A stretch of DNA of 64,000 nt from Acholeplasmataceae bacterium UBA6150 (GCA_002423145.1 DIUU01000002.1:2194-66193); one strand, 5' to 3'. Counted from the first letter of the stretch, positions 11,596-22,704 are shown. Program-made: numbers and translations. Notes: a model not told the origin generated them from the sequence alone.

Positions 11596-12033
11596 ATGTT
11601 AAATGAATTAAGACCAAATGAAGGTGCACGTAAGAATCGTAAGAGACTCGGACGTGGTACAGCTACTGGACAAGGTAAAACTGCTGGTAGAGGACAAAAG
11701 GGTCAAAACTCTAGAACCGGAGGCGGTACTCGCTTAGGGTTTGAAGGTGGACAAATTCCTTTCTTCCAACGTATCCCAAAACGCGGATTTTCTAACGTGA
11801 ACCGTAAGGACTTCGCAATCATCAACTTAACACAATTAAATGTGTTTGAAGATGGCACAGTCGTTACACCAGAATTATTATTACAAACAAAATTAATTGG
11901 TAAATTACAATCAGGCGTTAAAGTGTTAGCCAATGGTGTGTTAGAAAAGAAACTAAACATCAAAGCGAATCATTTTTCTAAACAAGCCATTGTCTTAATT
12001 GAACAAGCTGGCGGAACGGCTGAGGTAATCTAA
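11596..12033 (+). CDS. rplO: 50S ribosomal protein L15
   Basis: [21 protein letters not shown]. Confidence 0.98.
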   Translation: MLNELRPNEGARKNRKRLGRGTATGQGKTAGRGQKGQNSRTGGGTRLGFEGGQIPFFQRIPKRGFSNVNRKDFAIINLTQLNVFEDGTVVTPELLLQTKLIGKLQSGVKVLANGVLEKKLNIKANHFSKQAIVLIEQAGGTAEVI

Positions 12034-12034
12034 C

Positions 12035-13336
12035 ATGTACCGTATCAAAGCGATATTTTCAAACGTACAACTTTTAAAGAGAATCGGTATTACCCTCGCG
12101 TTTTTATTTATCTTCCGTGTCACAACGTGGATTCCAATCCCGTTGATCGATACGTCAAGTATCTCTGAGTTTATCAGCGGTAATGACTTCTTAGCCATTT
12201 TAAATAACTTCACAGGTAATGCACTAGGACGTTTTTCCATCATGGCTATGGGTATATCGCCTTACATTACGGCGTCCATCGTAGTTCAAATGCTACAAAT
12301 GGATATCGTGCCTGTTCTTAAAGAATGGAGCGAACAAGGCGAGACTGGAAAGCGAAAGCTCAATAAATTAACCCGTATCCTCGGTTTAATCTTGGCATTT
12401 GTTCAGTCACTTGTATTATTACTTGGTTTAGGTGTCGCAGGTAGTGAATTCTTACCGGATATCTTAACACCATCCCCAATCTTATATATTTATATGTCGT
12501 TAGTGGTAACAGCGGGTTCTGCATTTGCAATGTACATCGCTGACTTAATCACTAGAAAAGGTATCGGTAATGGTACAAGCTTCTTAATCGTCGCAGGTAT
12601 CATCACTTCATTGCCATCCATGGCAACGTTACTTTGGGGCAAATACATCACCAACGGTAATGGTGGATGGGACATTGTTCTATTCATCGCTGTTATCTTG
12701 ATTTACTTAGCCGTACTTCTAGGCGTTACTTTCCTTGAACTTGCTAAAAGAAGAATTCCAATTCAATACGCAAACCGTCAATCCGGTCAAGGCAAGACAA
12801 CTTCTGATTTACCGATTAAGTTAAATACAGCTGGTGTTATCCCAGTCATCTTCGCAGCAACCATCTTAAGTATTCCGTTATCGATTTCCGGTATGTTTGG
12901 ACTCAGTACGGCAACATCCCTCGGTTCGTGGTTGGATCAAATCTTCAACTATCAACAACCGATTGGATTCGTATTATACATTGGACTCATCGTTGTGTTC
13001 ACATTCTTCTATTCATTCTTGATGTTGAATCCAGAAAAAGTAGCAGACAACCTATCGAAGTCCAATGCATACATTCCAGGCGTCAGACCAGGATTGGATA
13101 CGCAAAACTATATTGCAAGATTGATGTTTAAAATCACCTTATTAGGTACAGTATACTTGGTAATTCTAGCAGCAATGCCGATCGTTACAGCCATTGTATT
13201 TAACTTTAACGCTCAAGAATCACAAGCCATTGTCCTAGGGGGAACTTCCTTACTCATCGTAGTAGGGGTCGCGATGGAAACCACCAATCAAATTGAGACA
13301 GAAGCAAATAATCAAGAATATAAAGGCATATTTTAG
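12035..13336 (+). CDS. secY: Preprotein translocase SecY
   Basis: Multi-TM protein; GISPYITASIVVQ, GIGNGTS, IPGVRPG, GGTSLLIVVGV. Confidence 0.98.
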   Translation: MYRIKAIFSNVQLLKRIGITLAFLFIFRVTTWIPIPLIDTSSISEFISGNDFLAILNNFTGNALGRFSIMAMGISPYITASIVVQMLQMDIVPVLKEWSEQGETGKRKLNKLTRILGLILAFVQSLVLLLGLGVAGSEFLPDILTPSPILYIYMSLVVTAGSAFAMYIADLITRKGIGNGTSFLIVAGIITSLPSMATLLWGKYITNGNGGWDIVLFIAVILIYLAVLLGVTFLELAKRRIPIQYANRQSGQGKTTSDLPIKLNTAGVIPVIFAATILSIPLSISGMFGLSTATSLGSWLDQIFNYQQPIGFVLYIGLIVVFTFFYSFLMLNPEKVADNLSKSNAYIPGVRPGLDTQNYIARLMFKITLLGTVYLVILAAMPIVTAIVFNFNAQESQAIVLGGTSLLIVVGVAMETTNQIETEANNQEYKGIF

Positions 13337-13360
13337 CCAAACAAGAGAGAGGTATGAACC

Positions 13361-14011
13361 ATGAGACTGATTGTTATGGGCCCACCGGGCGTTGGTAAAG
13401 GATCGCTAGCCAGCGATCTCACAAAGCACTATCATATACCTCATATTTCAACGGGAGAAATGTTTCGCGCCGAAATCAAGAAAGGTTCTCCCGTTGGGAA
13501 ACTTGTTCAAAATCAGATCAATGCGGGCAAGTTTGTCAACGATTCGTTAACCAATGACATCGTACGCATTCGCTTACAAGCAAGAGACGTCAAGGAAGGC
13601 TTCCTAATGGATGGCTATCCGCGCAATCTTAGACAAGCGGAAGATTTCGATCATATTTTGATGCAATATGGTTGGACAGTGGATTATGTAATCTATTTGG
13701 ATTCACCAGAAGAAATTATTCTCGACCGTATAACAGGCCGTAGAGTTTGTCCAACATGTGGTAGAACATACCATGTACGTAACAACAAACCTAAAGTCGA
13801 TGGGATTTGCGATAATGACCAAACCCCACTCGCTCAACGTCCAGACGATACAGTAGCAATTACAAAAGAACGTTTAATCATTTATCATGACCAAACCCAA
13901 CCAATCATTGAATACTACCGCAAAAAAGGCAATATTCTATGCATTGATGGTAAAGGCTCCATTGAAGAAGTGTCTAATCGTGTAATAGAAGAACTCGATG
14001 GTAAAAAATGA
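13361..14011 (+). CDS. adk: Adenylate kinase (Zn-LID type)
   Basis: [22 protein letters not shown]...CDND LID, QRPDD. Confidence 0.96.
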   Translation: MRLIVMGPPGVGKGSLASDLTKHYHIPHISTGEMFRAEIKKGSPVGKLVQNQINAGKFVNDSLTNDIVRIRLQARDVKEGFLMDGYPRNLRQAEDFDHILMQYGWTVDYVIYLDSPEEIILDRITGRRVCPTCGRTYHVRNNKPKVDGICDNDQTPLAQRPDDTVAITKERLIIYHDQTQPIIEYYRKKGNILCIDGKGSIEEVSNRVIEELDGKK

Positions 14012-14757
14012 TTACATTAAAATCAAAAAGAGAAATTGATATCATGCGTGAAGCAGGCCGAATGGTTGCACTCACCCGTGAAGAAGTAAAAAAACACATA
14101 AAACCAGGCATATCAACAAAGATACTAGATGAGATTGCGGAAAACCACATCGTGGCTCTAGGGGGCGTACCGTCCTTTAAGGGATACCATGGGTTTCCTG
14201 GGTCTGTCTGTCTATCGGTCAATGAAGTCGTTGTTCATGGGATTCCTTCCGATAAAATGATTTTAAAAGAAGGAGACATCATTACATTAGATATTGGTGT
14301 TTACTACAAAGGGTATCATGCAGACAGTGCATGGACTTATCCTGTGGGAACCATTTCAAAAGCCGATCAACAACTTTTAGATGTTACGCTTGCATCCTTA
14401 TTTGAGGGGCTCAAACAAGCGATTCCTGGTAATCGAGTATCGGATATATCCGCTGCGATAGAAACTTATGTCAAACCCTACGGGTATGGTATCGTTGAAG
14501 AATTCACCGGCCATGGCATTGGTAAGCAATTGCATGAAGATCCTTACATCCCAAATTTCGGTAAACCTGGGATGGGTGCCTTGTTAAAACCAGGCATGAC
14601 ATTCTGTGTTGAACCCATGGTTAATATCGGGACAAAACGCGTTAAGATTTTACAAGATAACTGGACAACAGTAACAATGGACAAATCGAAGAGCGCGCAT
14701 TTTGAACATATGATTGCCATCACAGAAGCGGGCTATCAAATATTAACCGAACTTTAA
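14008..14757 (+). CDS. map: Methionine aminopeptidase type I
   Basis: [32 protein letters not shown]. Confidence 0.97.
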   Translation: MITLKSKREIDIMREAGRMVALTREEVKKHIKPGISTKILDEIAENHIVALGGVPSFKGYHGFPGSVCLSVNEVVVHGIPSDKMILKEGDIITLDIGVYYKGYHADSAWTYPVGTISKADQQLLDVTLASLFEGLKQAIPGNRVSDISAAIETYVKPYGYGIVEEFTGHGIGKQLHEDPYIPNFGKPGMGALLKPGMTFCVEPMVNIGTKRVKILQDNWTTVTMDKSKSAHFEHMIAITEAGYQILTEL

Positions 14758-14769
14758 AGGAGGCTATTT

Positions 14770-14988
14770 ATGTCAAGAGAAGATTTAATTGAAGTACAAG
14801 CAAAAGTAGTCGAAGTACTACCAAATACCAAATTTAAAGTTGAACTTGAAAATGGGCATGTAGTACTCGCACACGTTTCCGGTAAAATCCGTATGAATAA
14901 CATTCGCATTTTACCTGGTGATAGCGTAACAGTTGAGTTATCACCATATGATTTAACACGCGGCAGAATCACGTATCGCCGAAAGTAG
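14770..14988 (+). CDS. infA: Translation initiation factor IF-1
   Basis: [27 protein letters not shown]. Confidence 0.98.
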   Translation: MSREDLIEVQAKVVEVLPNTKFKVELENGHVVLAHVSGKIRMNNIRILPGDSVTVELSPYDLTRGRITYRRK

Positions 14989-14999
14989 GAGGAAATCAA

Positions 15000-15113
15000 A
15001 TGAAAGTTAGAGCATCAGTAAAACCTATTTGCGACAAATGCAAGGTTGTAAAGCGCAAGGGTAGAGTAATGGTTATTTGTGAAAATCCAAAACACAAACA
15101 ACGTCAAGGATAA
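15000..15113 (+). CDS. rpmJ: 50S ribosomal protein L36 (not in ORF track)
   Basis: Hand translation [37 protein letters not shown]. Confidence 0.97.
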   Translation: MKVRASVKPICDKCKVVKRKGRVMVICENPKHKQRQG

Positions 15114-15125
15114 TAGGAGAATAAT

Positions 15126-15491
15126 ATGGCACGTATAGCAGGTATTGACATTCCACGCGACAAGCGCGTAGTTATTAGCTTAACTTACGTATTCGGCGTC
15201 GGAAGAAGTCTATCAGAACAAATATTAAAGGACGCTCACGTATCTGAAGATACAAGAGTGAAAAATCTAACAGAAGATGAACTAAACCGCATTCGTACTG
15301 AAGTTGCGAAATACCAAGTCGAAGGCGATTTAAGAAGAGAAGTCAATTTAAACATTAAACGTTTAATGGAAATCGGTTCATATCGTGGAATTCGTCATAG
15401 AAAAGGTTTACCAGTAAGAGGACAAAACACTAGAACTAATGCGCGTACTCGTAAAGGTAAAGCTAAAACTATCGCGAACAAGAAGAAATAA
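15126..15491 (+). CDS. rpsM: 30S ribosomal protein S13
   Basis: [21 protein letters not shown]. Confidence 0.98.
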   Translation: MARIAGIDIPRDKRVVISLTYVFGVGRSLSEQILKDAHVSEDTRVKNLTEDELNRIRTEVAKYQVEGDLRREVNLNIKRLMEIGSYRGIRHRKGLPVRGQNTRTNARTRKGKAKTIANKKK

Positions 15492-15502
15492 GGAGGGTCA
15501 TC

Positions 15503-15889
15503 ATGGCAGGTAAAAAAACAACTAAACGTCGTGTAAAGAAGAATATTCCGCTTGGAATGGCTCACATTCATACCACGTTTAATAATACAATCGTCACCAT
15601 CACTGACCAAGGCGGTAACGCAATCGCTTGGAGCAGTGCAGGTGCACTAGGTTTTAAAGGTTCCCGTAAGTCAACCCCATTCGCTGCACAAATGTCAGCC
15701 GAAGCAGCTGCTAAAGCCGCTATCGAACATGGTGTAATCAAAGTTGAAGTATCCGTTAAAGGTCCAGGTCCAGGTAGAGAAGCAGCGATCCGTTCGATCC
15801 AAGCTGCAGGTCTTGAAATCACAGCGATTAAAGACGTCACACCAGTACCACACAACGGATGCCGCCCACCGAAACGTCCTCGTGGATAA
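15503..15889 (+). CDS. rpsK: 30S ribosomal protein S11
   Basis: [27 protein letters not shown]. Confidence 0.98.
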   Translation: MAGKKTTKRRVKKNIPLGMAHIHTTFNNTIVTITDQGGNAIAWSSAGALGFKGSRKSTPFAAQMSAEAAAKAAIEHGVIKVEVSVKGPGPGREAAIRSIQAAGLEITAIKDVTPVPHNGCRPPKRPRG

Positions 15890-15919
15890 TATCTATAACA
15901 AATAAAGGAGGTAATCATT

Positions 15920-16924
15920 TTGCAAGATCTTAAGTTTTCGAAACCAGAAGTAAAGGTTGAGTCTGTATCAGGCGATAATACCAAAGCAATTTGCACCATC
16001 AGCCCACTCGAAAGAGGCTATGGGATTACGATTGGTAACTCACTTCGCCGTGTGCTTTTATCATCATTACCAGGCGCTGCGATTGTCAATGTCAAGATTG
16101 AAGGAGCTGAACACGAATTCTCTACACTCGAAGGTGTAATGGAAGACGTGATGAGTATTGTTTTGAATCTTAAAAAAGTGGTTTTATCTGTTGATTCAAC
16201 AGATCCTAATTTCGAAAAAGAAATTGAAATCCACCAAAACGGTGCAGGTGTCGTTACCGCTTCAGATATTATTCATGACAGTGATATAAAGATTGTTAAC
16301 CCAGATCAAGTCATCGCGACTGTGGTCGAAGGTGGTAAATTATCGATGTACATGACTGTTAGACGTGGCATTGGGTATGTTGGTTCTGTAAAGAATAAAG
16401 TATACTCCAATTCAGTCGGGGTTATCGCGATCGATTCGATCTATACGCCGATTAATCGTGTTGCATACGAAGTTGAAAAAACCCGTGTCAATAACGATGC
16501 TGATTATGACAAATTGATCTTAGAAGTTGAAACCAATGGCGCAGTGAAAGCTCATGAAGCTTTATCATTAGCAGCAAAAATGATGATTGATTACCTATCC
16601 GTCATTGTTGATTTGGACGCAACCACACACGATATCAGTTTTATGTCTGAAAAAGTTAGTGAAACCAATACTCACAAGCTTGAAAAACCGATTGAAGAAT
16701 TGGATTTATCCGTTCGTTCATTCAACTGCTTGAAGAGAGCCGGTATCAATACACTCGCAGAATTAACAAAGAAGACTGAAGAAGAAATGATGCGCGTCCG
16801 TAATTTAGGACGTAAGTCATTAAAAGAAGTAAAAGAGAAGTTAGAAGATTTAGGTTTAGGTTTTGCTGCTGGTTATGCTAACGGTAGAAAGCTAGACGTT
16901 GCTTCTGACGATGACAACGAATAA
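15920..16924 (+). CDS. rpoA: RNA polymerase alpha subunit (TTG start)
   Basis: [42 protein letters not shown]. Confidence 0.98.
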   Translation: MQDLKFSKPEVKVESVSGDNTKAICTISPLERGYGITIGNSLRRVLLSSLPGAAIVNVKIEGAEHEFSTLEGVMEDVMSIVLNLKKVVLSVDSTDPNFEKEIEIHQNGAGVVTASDIIHDSDIKIVNPDQVIATVVEGGKLSMYMTVRRGIGYVGSVKNKVYSNSVGVIAIDSIYTPINRVAYEVEKTRVNNDADYDKLILEVETNGAVKAHEALSLAAKMMIDYLSVIVDLDATTHDISFMSEKVSETNTHKLEKPIEELDLSVRSFNCLKRAGINTLAELTKKTEEEMMRVRNLGRKSLKEVKEKLEDLGLGFAAGYANGRKLDVASDDDNE

Positions 16925-16935
16925 GGAGAACTACT

Positions 16936-17298
16936 ATGGCAGGATATAGCAGATTAAGACGTAACAGTGCTCAAAGAAGAGCCCTTCTCAGAGATTTAGT
17001 TACAGACTTAATTATTCATGGACAAATTGAAACCACAGAAGCTAAAGCTAAAGAACTCAGCAAACTTGCTGACAAGATGGTCACCCTTGGTAAGAAAGGC
17101 ACATTAGCTGCTAGACGCCAAGCGATCACAATCGTGAGAAACGAACTTGTCAAAGAAGGACAAACTGCAGTTCAAAAGCTTTTTGGAGAAATTGCCCCTA
17201 AATTTAAAGATCGTAACGGTGGTTATACCCGTGTGATCAAAACGTTGCCACGTCTAGGTGATTCAGCCCCAATGGCTATCATCCAGTTTGTGGAATAG
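16936..17298 (+). CDS. rplQ: 50S ribosomal protein L17
   Basis: [24 protein letters not shown]. Confidence 0.98.
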   Translation: MAGYSRLRRNSAQRRALLRDLVTDLIIHGQIETTEAKAKELSKLADKMVTLGKKGTLAARRQAITIVRNELVKEGQTAVQKLFGEIAPKFKDRNGGYTRVIKTLPRLGDSAPMAIIQFVE

Positions 17299-17313
17299 TT
17301 TAAACAAACACAT

Positions 17314-17345
17314 ACACAGAAGTCATTTGATTTCTGTGTTTTTTT
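17314..17345 (+). terminator. Terminator of the ribosomal protein cluster
   Basis: ACACAGAAGTC...GATTTCTGTGT stem followed by a T run. Confidence 0.8.
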
Positions 17346-17420
17346 GTGGTTTAAATGGATATTAACTTAAAACACCATTAAAAATGTTATACTATTCATA
17401 AAATAATAGGAGGTAATCCA

Positions 17421-19112
17421 ATGAAATTTAAAGATTACGTATATCAAAGACCCAATATCGATGAAATCAAGGCGAAATATGGGATATTAAAAGATGCTTT
17501 TCAAGCAGCCAAAGATGCCCCTGCACAAATTGAAATTATTAAACGTGTTTTTAGTTTAATCGATGAAGTAGATACCATGAGCCAATTGGTTTCAATTCGC
17601 TATTCACTCGATACACAAGACCCATTCTATGAAGGGGAAATGAACTTTATTGACGAAGCTGCACCAGAACTTCAAAACGATGTGAACGAATTCAATAAAT
17701 TGGTGTATGCTTCATCGTTTAAAAAGGAACTCATTTTAGCCTTTGGAGCACACTATTTCAATCAAATCGAAGTCTCTTTACAATCGTTTGATGAAAAATT
17801 AATACCACTCTTACAAGAAGAAAACAAGCTAAACAGTAAGTATTCCAAGGTGGTTGCTTCTGCACAAATCGAGTTTGATGGCGGGGTTTATAATTTATCC
17901 CAAATGAGTCCATTTACTCAAAGCAAAGACCGCGACATCAGACATCGTGCCCAACTCAAAATTTCTGAATTCTTTGAATCCAAAGAAGCAGAACTGGATG
18001 ATATTTATGACAACTTAGTCCGTGTGAGAAATGAAGCAGCTAAAACTTTAGGCTATGCTAATTTCGTCGAATTAGGCTATAAACGTTTAGGTAGAACCGA
18101 CTACGGTTCAACCGAAGTCAAAGCCTATAGAGAGCAAATTAAGCGCGATGTGGTGCCGTTTGTAGAAAAACTCATCGCTCGTAAAGCAACACGCTTAGGA
18201 ATCAAAGATTTAAAGAGCTATGATACGATTTCTTTCTTATCAGGTAACCCAACCCCTAAAGGGAACTTAGACTGGCAAGTTGAACAAGCGACCACCATGT
18301 ATAAAGAATTATCTAAAGAAACCGATGAATTCTTCACATTCATGAAAGACGCTGGATTACTCGAACTCGATTCGAAAAAAGGCAAAGCTGGTGGTGGGTA
18401 TTGTACATTCATCCCTGGGTATAAAGCCCCATTTATTTTCGCAAACTTCAATGGCACATCCCATGACGTGGACGTATTGACTCACGAAGCGGGACACGCA
18501 TTCCAAGTCTATCAATCACGTGAATTCATTAACCCAATGCAACGCTTCCCAGGGTATGAAGCATGTGAAATCCACTCAATGAGTATGGAATTCTTTGCGT
18601 GGCCATGGGTCCCATTATTCTTTAAAGAAGATGCTCAAAAGTACTATTTCTCTCACTTAGCAGGTGCCATTTCATTCTTACCTTATGGTGCGCTGGTGGA
18701 TGAATTCCAACATGAAATTTATGAAAACCCAAGCATGTCTAAAGATGAACGTAAGGCCACTTGGAGAAGACTAGAGAAGCAATATATTCCATCGCGAGAT
18801 TATGATGATGATCACTTCATGGAAAAAGGTACTTATTGGTTCCGCCAAGGCCATATTTTTCAATCCCCGTTCTATTACATTGACTACACGTTAGCTCAAG
18901 TATGTGCGTTTCAATATTGGATTAGAGATCACAAAAACCACAAGGAAGCATGGAAGTCTTATGTCAAATTATGTCAATTGGGTGGATCCAAGGGATTTGT
19001 CGAGTTGATGAAAGATGCGAAACTCGATAGTCCATTTGAAGACGGTACCATTTTGAGAACCATCCAACCATTGGAAGCATTCTTAAATACCATCGATGAT
19101 ACAAAACTTTAA
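17421..19112 (+). CDS. M3-family oligoendopeptidase (PepF-like)
   Basis: THEAGHAFQ (HExxH), EIHSMSME, HIFQSPFYYIDY. Confidence 0.92.
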   Translation: MKFKDYVYQRPNIDEIKAKYGILKDAFQAAKDAPAQIEIIKRVFSLIDEVDTMSQLVSIRYSLDTQDPFYEGEMNFIDEAAPELQNDVNEFNKLVYASSFKKELILAFGAHYFNQIEVSLQSFDEKLIPLLQEENKLNSKYSKVVASAQIEFDGGVYNLSQMSPFTQSKDRDIRHRAQLKISEFFESKEAELDDIYDNLVRVRNEAAKTLGYANFVELGYKRLGRTDYGSTEVKAYREQIKRDVVPFVEKLIARKATRLGIKDLKSYDTISFLSGNPTPKGNLDWQVEQATTMYKELSKETDEFFTFMKDAGLLELDSKKGKAGGGYCTFIPGYKAPFIFANFNGTSHDVDVLTHEAGHAFQVYQSREFINPMQRFPGYEACEIHSMSMEFFAWPWVPLFFKEDAQKYYFSHLAGAISFLPYGALVDEFQHEIYENPSMSKDERKATWRRLEKQYIPSRDYDDDHFMEKGTYWFRQGHIFQSPFYYIDYTLAQVCAFQYWIRDHKNHKEAWKSYVKLCQLGGSKGFVELMKDAKLDSPFEDGTILRTIQPLEAFLNTIDDTKL

Positions 19113-19121
19113 TACCTATGC

Positions 19122-19150
19122 AAAACCTGGGACAAAACCCAGGTTTTTTT
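19122..19150 (+). terminator. Rho-independent terminator
   Basis: AAAACCTGGG-ACAAAA-CCCAGGTTTT then further Ts. Confidence 0.85.
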
Positions 19151-19167
19151 GTTATAATGGTTATAGT

Positions 19168-19185
19168 TATTTCGAATTTAAAATA
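19168..19185 (+). promoter_or_regulatory. Candidate MhqR-type operator just downstream of an extended -10 (TGTTATAAT at 19150-19158)
   Basis: Imperfect palindrome TATTTCGAA/TTTAAAATA, resembling the recalled MhqR box TATCTCGAATTCGAGATA. Confidence 0.55.
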
Positions 19186-19207
19186 ATAATTCGAGAAAGG
19201 GGTCTAA

Positions 19208-19645
19208 ATGTCACACGATTTAAAAACCATCACAGTATTATTTCGCGCTAAAAACAGTTTAGAAAATCTGATCAAACAGGACATTCAAAGTTATGGATTA
19301 AATCCCAGTGAATTTGGAACCTTAGAAGCCCTTTATCACAAAGGTGCTTTGACTGTCCAACAAATCATCGATAAAGTATTGATTGCGAATTCTTCAATGA
19401 CATATGTCTTGGATAACCTAACCAAAAGAGATTTGATCACCAGAACTAAAGACCCTGTCGATAAACGTATATTCAAAGTGGAATTGACCAATAAAGGGGT
19501 TGAATTCATGTCTGAAATCTATCCTAAACATGAAAAAAATATGATGACTGTTCTAAATATATTATCTAAAGAAGAACAAGATATGCTACAAGGCTTGCTC
19601 AAAACTTTAGGGTTAAATGCGAAAAACTTTAAATGTAATAAATAA
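19208..19645 (+). CDS. MarR-family regulator, MhqR-like
   Basis: GLNPSEFGTLEALYHKG...KVLIANSSMTYVLDNL...DKR resembles Bacillus MhqR. Confidence 0.85.
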   Translation: MSHDLKTITVLFRAKNSLENLIKQDIQSYGLNPSEFGTLEALYHKGALTVQQIIDKVLIANSSMTYVLDNLTKRDLITRTKDPVDKRIFKVELTNKGVEFMSEIYPKHEKNMMTVLNILSKEEQDMLQGLLKTLGLNAKNFKCNK

Positions 19646-19673
19646 AAAAATAACAGAAGAATCTGTTATTTTT
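19646..19673. terminator. Bidirectional terminator between the MarR gene and nagB
   Basis: AAAAATAACAGA-AGAA-TCTGTTATTTTT inverted repeat between convergent genes. Confidence 0.7.
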
Positions 19674-20400
19674 GTTTTAATAGTAGTTTTGCAGCGTCTG
19701 AATCCACATATATGTCAACACACGGATGGTTTTGTAAAATCGATGCTGGGAGTGATTCTTGAACATCAGTAGTAATCATTTGATGGATTGCTTTTGCTTT
19801 TGATGCGCCTGTAGCCACAAGGATAATTTTCTTAGCTGACATGATATTTTGTATGCCCATGGTAATTGCCTGTGTTGGTACATCATCAATCGAATTGAAG
19901 AACCTTGCATTATCTTCTCGAGTTTTTTGAGTTAAATCGATGATATGCGTGGTTGAATTGAAAGATGTCCCAGGCTCATTAAAGCCAATGTGACCATTGG
20001 CACCGATTCCAAGTAATTGAATATCAGGCACAAAACAATCTAGAAGTTTATCATAATTTGAACAAGCTTGTTCAAGGTTACTCGATAATCCATTAGGGAT
20101 ATGTACATTGGATAGTTGAATATCTATATGATTCAACAAGTGGCGATGCATAAACTGATGATAAGACTCCGGGTGTGTGAATGGTAGACCAATATATTCA
20201 TCCAAATTCACGGTTGTTACATTTTTATAGCTTGTGTTGTTGAGTAGATGGTCTTTAACCAATAAACTATAAATACCCAACGGTGTAGATCCGGTAGCCA
20301 ACCCAAGCACACAATTAGGATTGGATTTTATGCAATTAATAAATTCGTTTGCTACTGCTTGATCGATATCTTTTTTTGACTTCAAAATGTGAATATTCAT
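19666..20400 (-). CDS. nagB: Glucosamine-6-phosphate deaminase
   Basis: LGLATGSTP, NLDEY, GIGANGHIGFNEPG, AITMGI, PASILQ. Confidence 0.96.
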   Translation of the reverse strand: MNIHILKSKKDIDQAVANEFINCIKSNPNCVLGLATGSTPLGIYSLLVKDHLLNNTSYKNVTTVNLDEYIGLPFTHPESYHQFMHRHLLNHIDIQLSNVHIPNGLSSNLEQACSNYDKLLDCFVPDIQLLGIGANGHIGFNEPGTSFNSTTHIIDLTQKTREDNARFFNSIDDVPTQAITMGIQNIMSAKKIILVATGASKAKAIHQMITTDVQESLPASILQNHPCVDIYVDSDAAKLLLKQK

Positions 20401-21533
20401 TACTCTACCTCATACACTAAGTGACCATTAATGATTGTTTGAAGGACTTCAAACGACTCATTAAGCACAACAAGATTTGCTTTTTTAAAAGGTGCAATCG
20501 AACCTACTGATTTTTCAATACCCAATTGTTTTGCTGCATTTAATGAACATAAAACACTAGCCTCACTCAAAGAAAGATTGAAATCTTGTATTAAATATTT
20601 ATAAGCTTCATTCATTTTTAAGATTGAACCAGCCAGTGTGCCATCACTCAGTCTAGCTTCGCCTTGTTTAACTATAGTTACTTGTCCACCTAAATCATAC
20701 TCACCCTCAGGCATGTATTTTGCTCGCATGCTATCGGTGATGACGATAACACCAGAAAGCCCTTTGTTCTTAAGTAAGAGTTTCACTGCTGGAATGGATA
20801 CATGCACTTTATCTAGTATCAGTTCAGCACTTAACTCATCGTGTAGCAGTGCGGCGCCGACGACACCAATGTCTCGATGGTGAAGTGGAGTCATTGCATT
20901 ATACATATGAGTGACTGATTTCGCGCCAGCTTTTATCGCCAAATGAACGTCATTATAAGTCGCTTTTGTATGTGCGATAGAAGCAATTATTCCCTTTTGA
21001 TTTAGATAAGTTATGAGGTCTAATGAAGCGGGATTATCAGGCGCTAAAGAAACCTTTTTAATTTGGTTATTTGAAGCTATCTCAAAGATATTAAAAGTAT
21101 TGGTATTTGCTTTTGTTATGCAATTTATCGGTTGTGCACCAGCAGCTTTTTCATGGATAAATGGACCCTCAAGATGAATTCCTAGAACAATAGAAGAGTT
21201 ACGATTTTGGTTATTCATATAACTTGAAATATTAGATAAGGCTGTTGTAATGTTTTGGATAGTTTGTGTCATGGTAGTAGCTAAAAATCCTGTGGTACCT
21301 TCACGAACAAGGGACAATGCAAATTCTTCGATGGCTTGTGGATTTGCATCCATCGCATCATAAGAACCCGCCCCATGCGTATGCAAATCTATAAAACCGG
21401 GGACAACAAATTTGGCTGGCCTTTGGGTAGTATTGTCTTTTTCAACAATCGAAATAATGGTATCATTATCGATTACAAGATCTCCAAATACTATTCGATT
21501 TTCCATAACGATATATACATCCGTTAATTTCAT
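20400..21533 (-). CDS. nagA: N-acetylglucosamine-6-phosphate deacetylase
   Basis: PGFIDLHTHG, GIHLEGPF, THMYNAM, ITDSM, GTLAGS; ATG 21533 after AAGGTGA. Confidence 0.96.
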   Translation of the reverse strand: MKLTDVYIVMENRIVFGDLVIDNDTIISIVEKDNTTQRPAKFVVPGFIDLHTHGAGSYDAMDANPQAIEEFALSLVREGTTGFLATTMTQTIQNITTALSNISSYMNNQNRNSSIVLGIHLEGPFIHEKAAGAQPINCITKANTNTFNIFEIASNNQIKKVSLAPDNPASLDLITYLNQKGIIASIAHTKATYNDVHLAIKAGAKSVTHMYNAMTPLHHRDIGVVGAALLHDELSAELILDKVHVSIPAVKLLLKNKGLSGVIVITDSMRAKYMPEGEYDLGGQVTIVKQGEARLSDGTLAGSILKMNEAYKYLIQDFNLSLSEASVLCSLNAAKQLGIEKSVGSIAPFKKANLVVLNESFEVLQTIINGHLVYEVE

Positions 21534-21548
21534 GCTAGTCACCTTTTC

Positions 21549-21564
21549 ACTTGTCTATATATAT
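21549..21564. promoter_or_regulatory. NagR/dre-like operator 1 (nagA)
   Basis: ACTTGTCTATATATAT, abutting the minus-strand -10 TATGAT (21563-21568). Confidence 0.65.
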
Positions 21565-21594
21565 CATAACACCAAAAAATAAAAAGGCAACTTT

Positions 21595-21610
21595 AATTGT
21601 ATAGATAAGT
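21595..21610. promoter_or_regulatory. NagR/dre-like operator 2 (nagA)
   Basis: AATTGTATAGATAAGT just upstream of the minus-strand -35 TTGCCT (21585-21590). Confidence 0.6.
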
Positions 21611-21620
21611 TGAAATTATT

Positions 21621-21646
21621 AAAAAAAGGACCCGAACAGAGTCCTA
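21621..21646 (-). terminator. Terminator of the ROK kinase gene
   Basis: Minus strand AGGACTC-TGTTC-GGGTCCT followed by a T run. Confidence 0.7.
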
Positions 21647-21708
21647 GATATGGCTTTAAAACGTTACTTGTAAAGTCAACTAAAGCGGTATATAATATTA
21701 ATTAAGGT

Positions 21709-22593
21709 TTACTTATACTGAGGATGTTGATTGAGAAAGTGATAAAATGCACCAATCATTCCAGCATCATTCTTAAAAGTAGCTGCCTTGATGTTTGTAT
21801 GTTTTTGTAAATGATCATTTAACTTCGGAATAACAAACTTATTCAATTCAGTAATGAAAGTTGAACGACCAGTTATTCCACCACCGATTACAATGATTTC
21901 GGGATTAAACGCATAAGCAATATTTGCGATTCCAATACTTAAATAATCATAAAATTGATTCACTAATTCGATAGCCACTGGGTGATTACTGTCATATAAT
22001 CTGAAAACATCAATACCAGTTTGAATGGTCTCATCGATTCGTTTTTGTGCAAGTCGCACTAGGCTTGATGTCGAAGCTATGGTTTCATATTCTTTGGATT
22101 CAATACGCATTAGTCCAAACTCACCAGCACTATACCCTTGACCTTGAAGTAATTGTCCATTAATCAAAATTGCACCACCGATCCCAGTACCGACAGTTAA
22201 CGCAACCATGGATTTAGAATCCATTGCAGCACCTTTATGGTACTCACATAAGGCCATAGAGTTCACATCATTCATGACCGATATGGGGAGATTTAAACGT
22301 GTGTGTAGATACGTTATTATATTCATACCAATGTAGTCTTGAATGGCGTTGGTTGCGGATAAAACTTCTCCAGTATCAGAATTGATAACACCAGCAGAAG
22401 ATATGGCAATACCTTCAACTGGATAGGATAGTTTGAGCAGTCTAGTTACGGTGGTAATATCATCTAGAATAAATTTGCCACCCAATGAACCCCTTGACGG
22501 CATTCTATCTTTAGCAACCAAGTCACCATTAGAATTGATGACACCATACTTGATTTCGGTACCTCCGATATCAAAAACAAAAAAATAACGCAT
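21709..22593 (-). CDS. ROK-family sugar kinase (putative ManNAc/GlcNAc kinase)
   Basis: FDIGGT, MNDVN, TVGTGIGG, AGEFG, IGGGI, NDAGMIGA; no Cys-rich Zn motif; ATG 22593. Confidence 0.85.
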   Translation of the reverse strand: MRYFFVFDIGGTEIKYGVINSNGDLVAKDRMPSRGSLGGKFILDDITTVTRLLKLSYPVEGIAISSAGVINSDTGEVLSATNAIQDYIGMNIITYLHTRLNLPISVMNDVNSMALCEYHKGAAMDSKSMVALTVGTGIGGAILINGQLLQGQGYSAGEFGLMRIESKEYETIASTSSLVRLAQKRIDETIQTGIDVFRLYDSNHPVAIELVNQFYDYLSIGIANIAYAFNPEIIVIGGGITGRSTFITELNKFVIPKLNDHLQKHTNIKAATFKNDAGMIGAFYHFLNQHPQYK

Positions 22594-22704
22594 AAAAACA
22601 CCTCTTTCAATACTATTTGATATTATAAGGGGAGTTTTGATAAAAAACAATTGTATTTTAAAAATAAAAACCGATAAGTATTACTTATCATTTGAGGTGA
22701 AATT

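Noticed and set aside
15889..15920. Absence of rpsD between rpsK and rpoA
   Set aside because: Normal for Bacillus-like and Mollicutes gene order
2887..16139. Many short antisense or alternate-frame ORFs overlapping the ribosomal cluster (e.g. 3367-3624, 10860-11306, 15568-15999)
   Set aside because: They overlap highly conserved genes or the S10 leader and have no recognisable motifs; typical shadow ORFs
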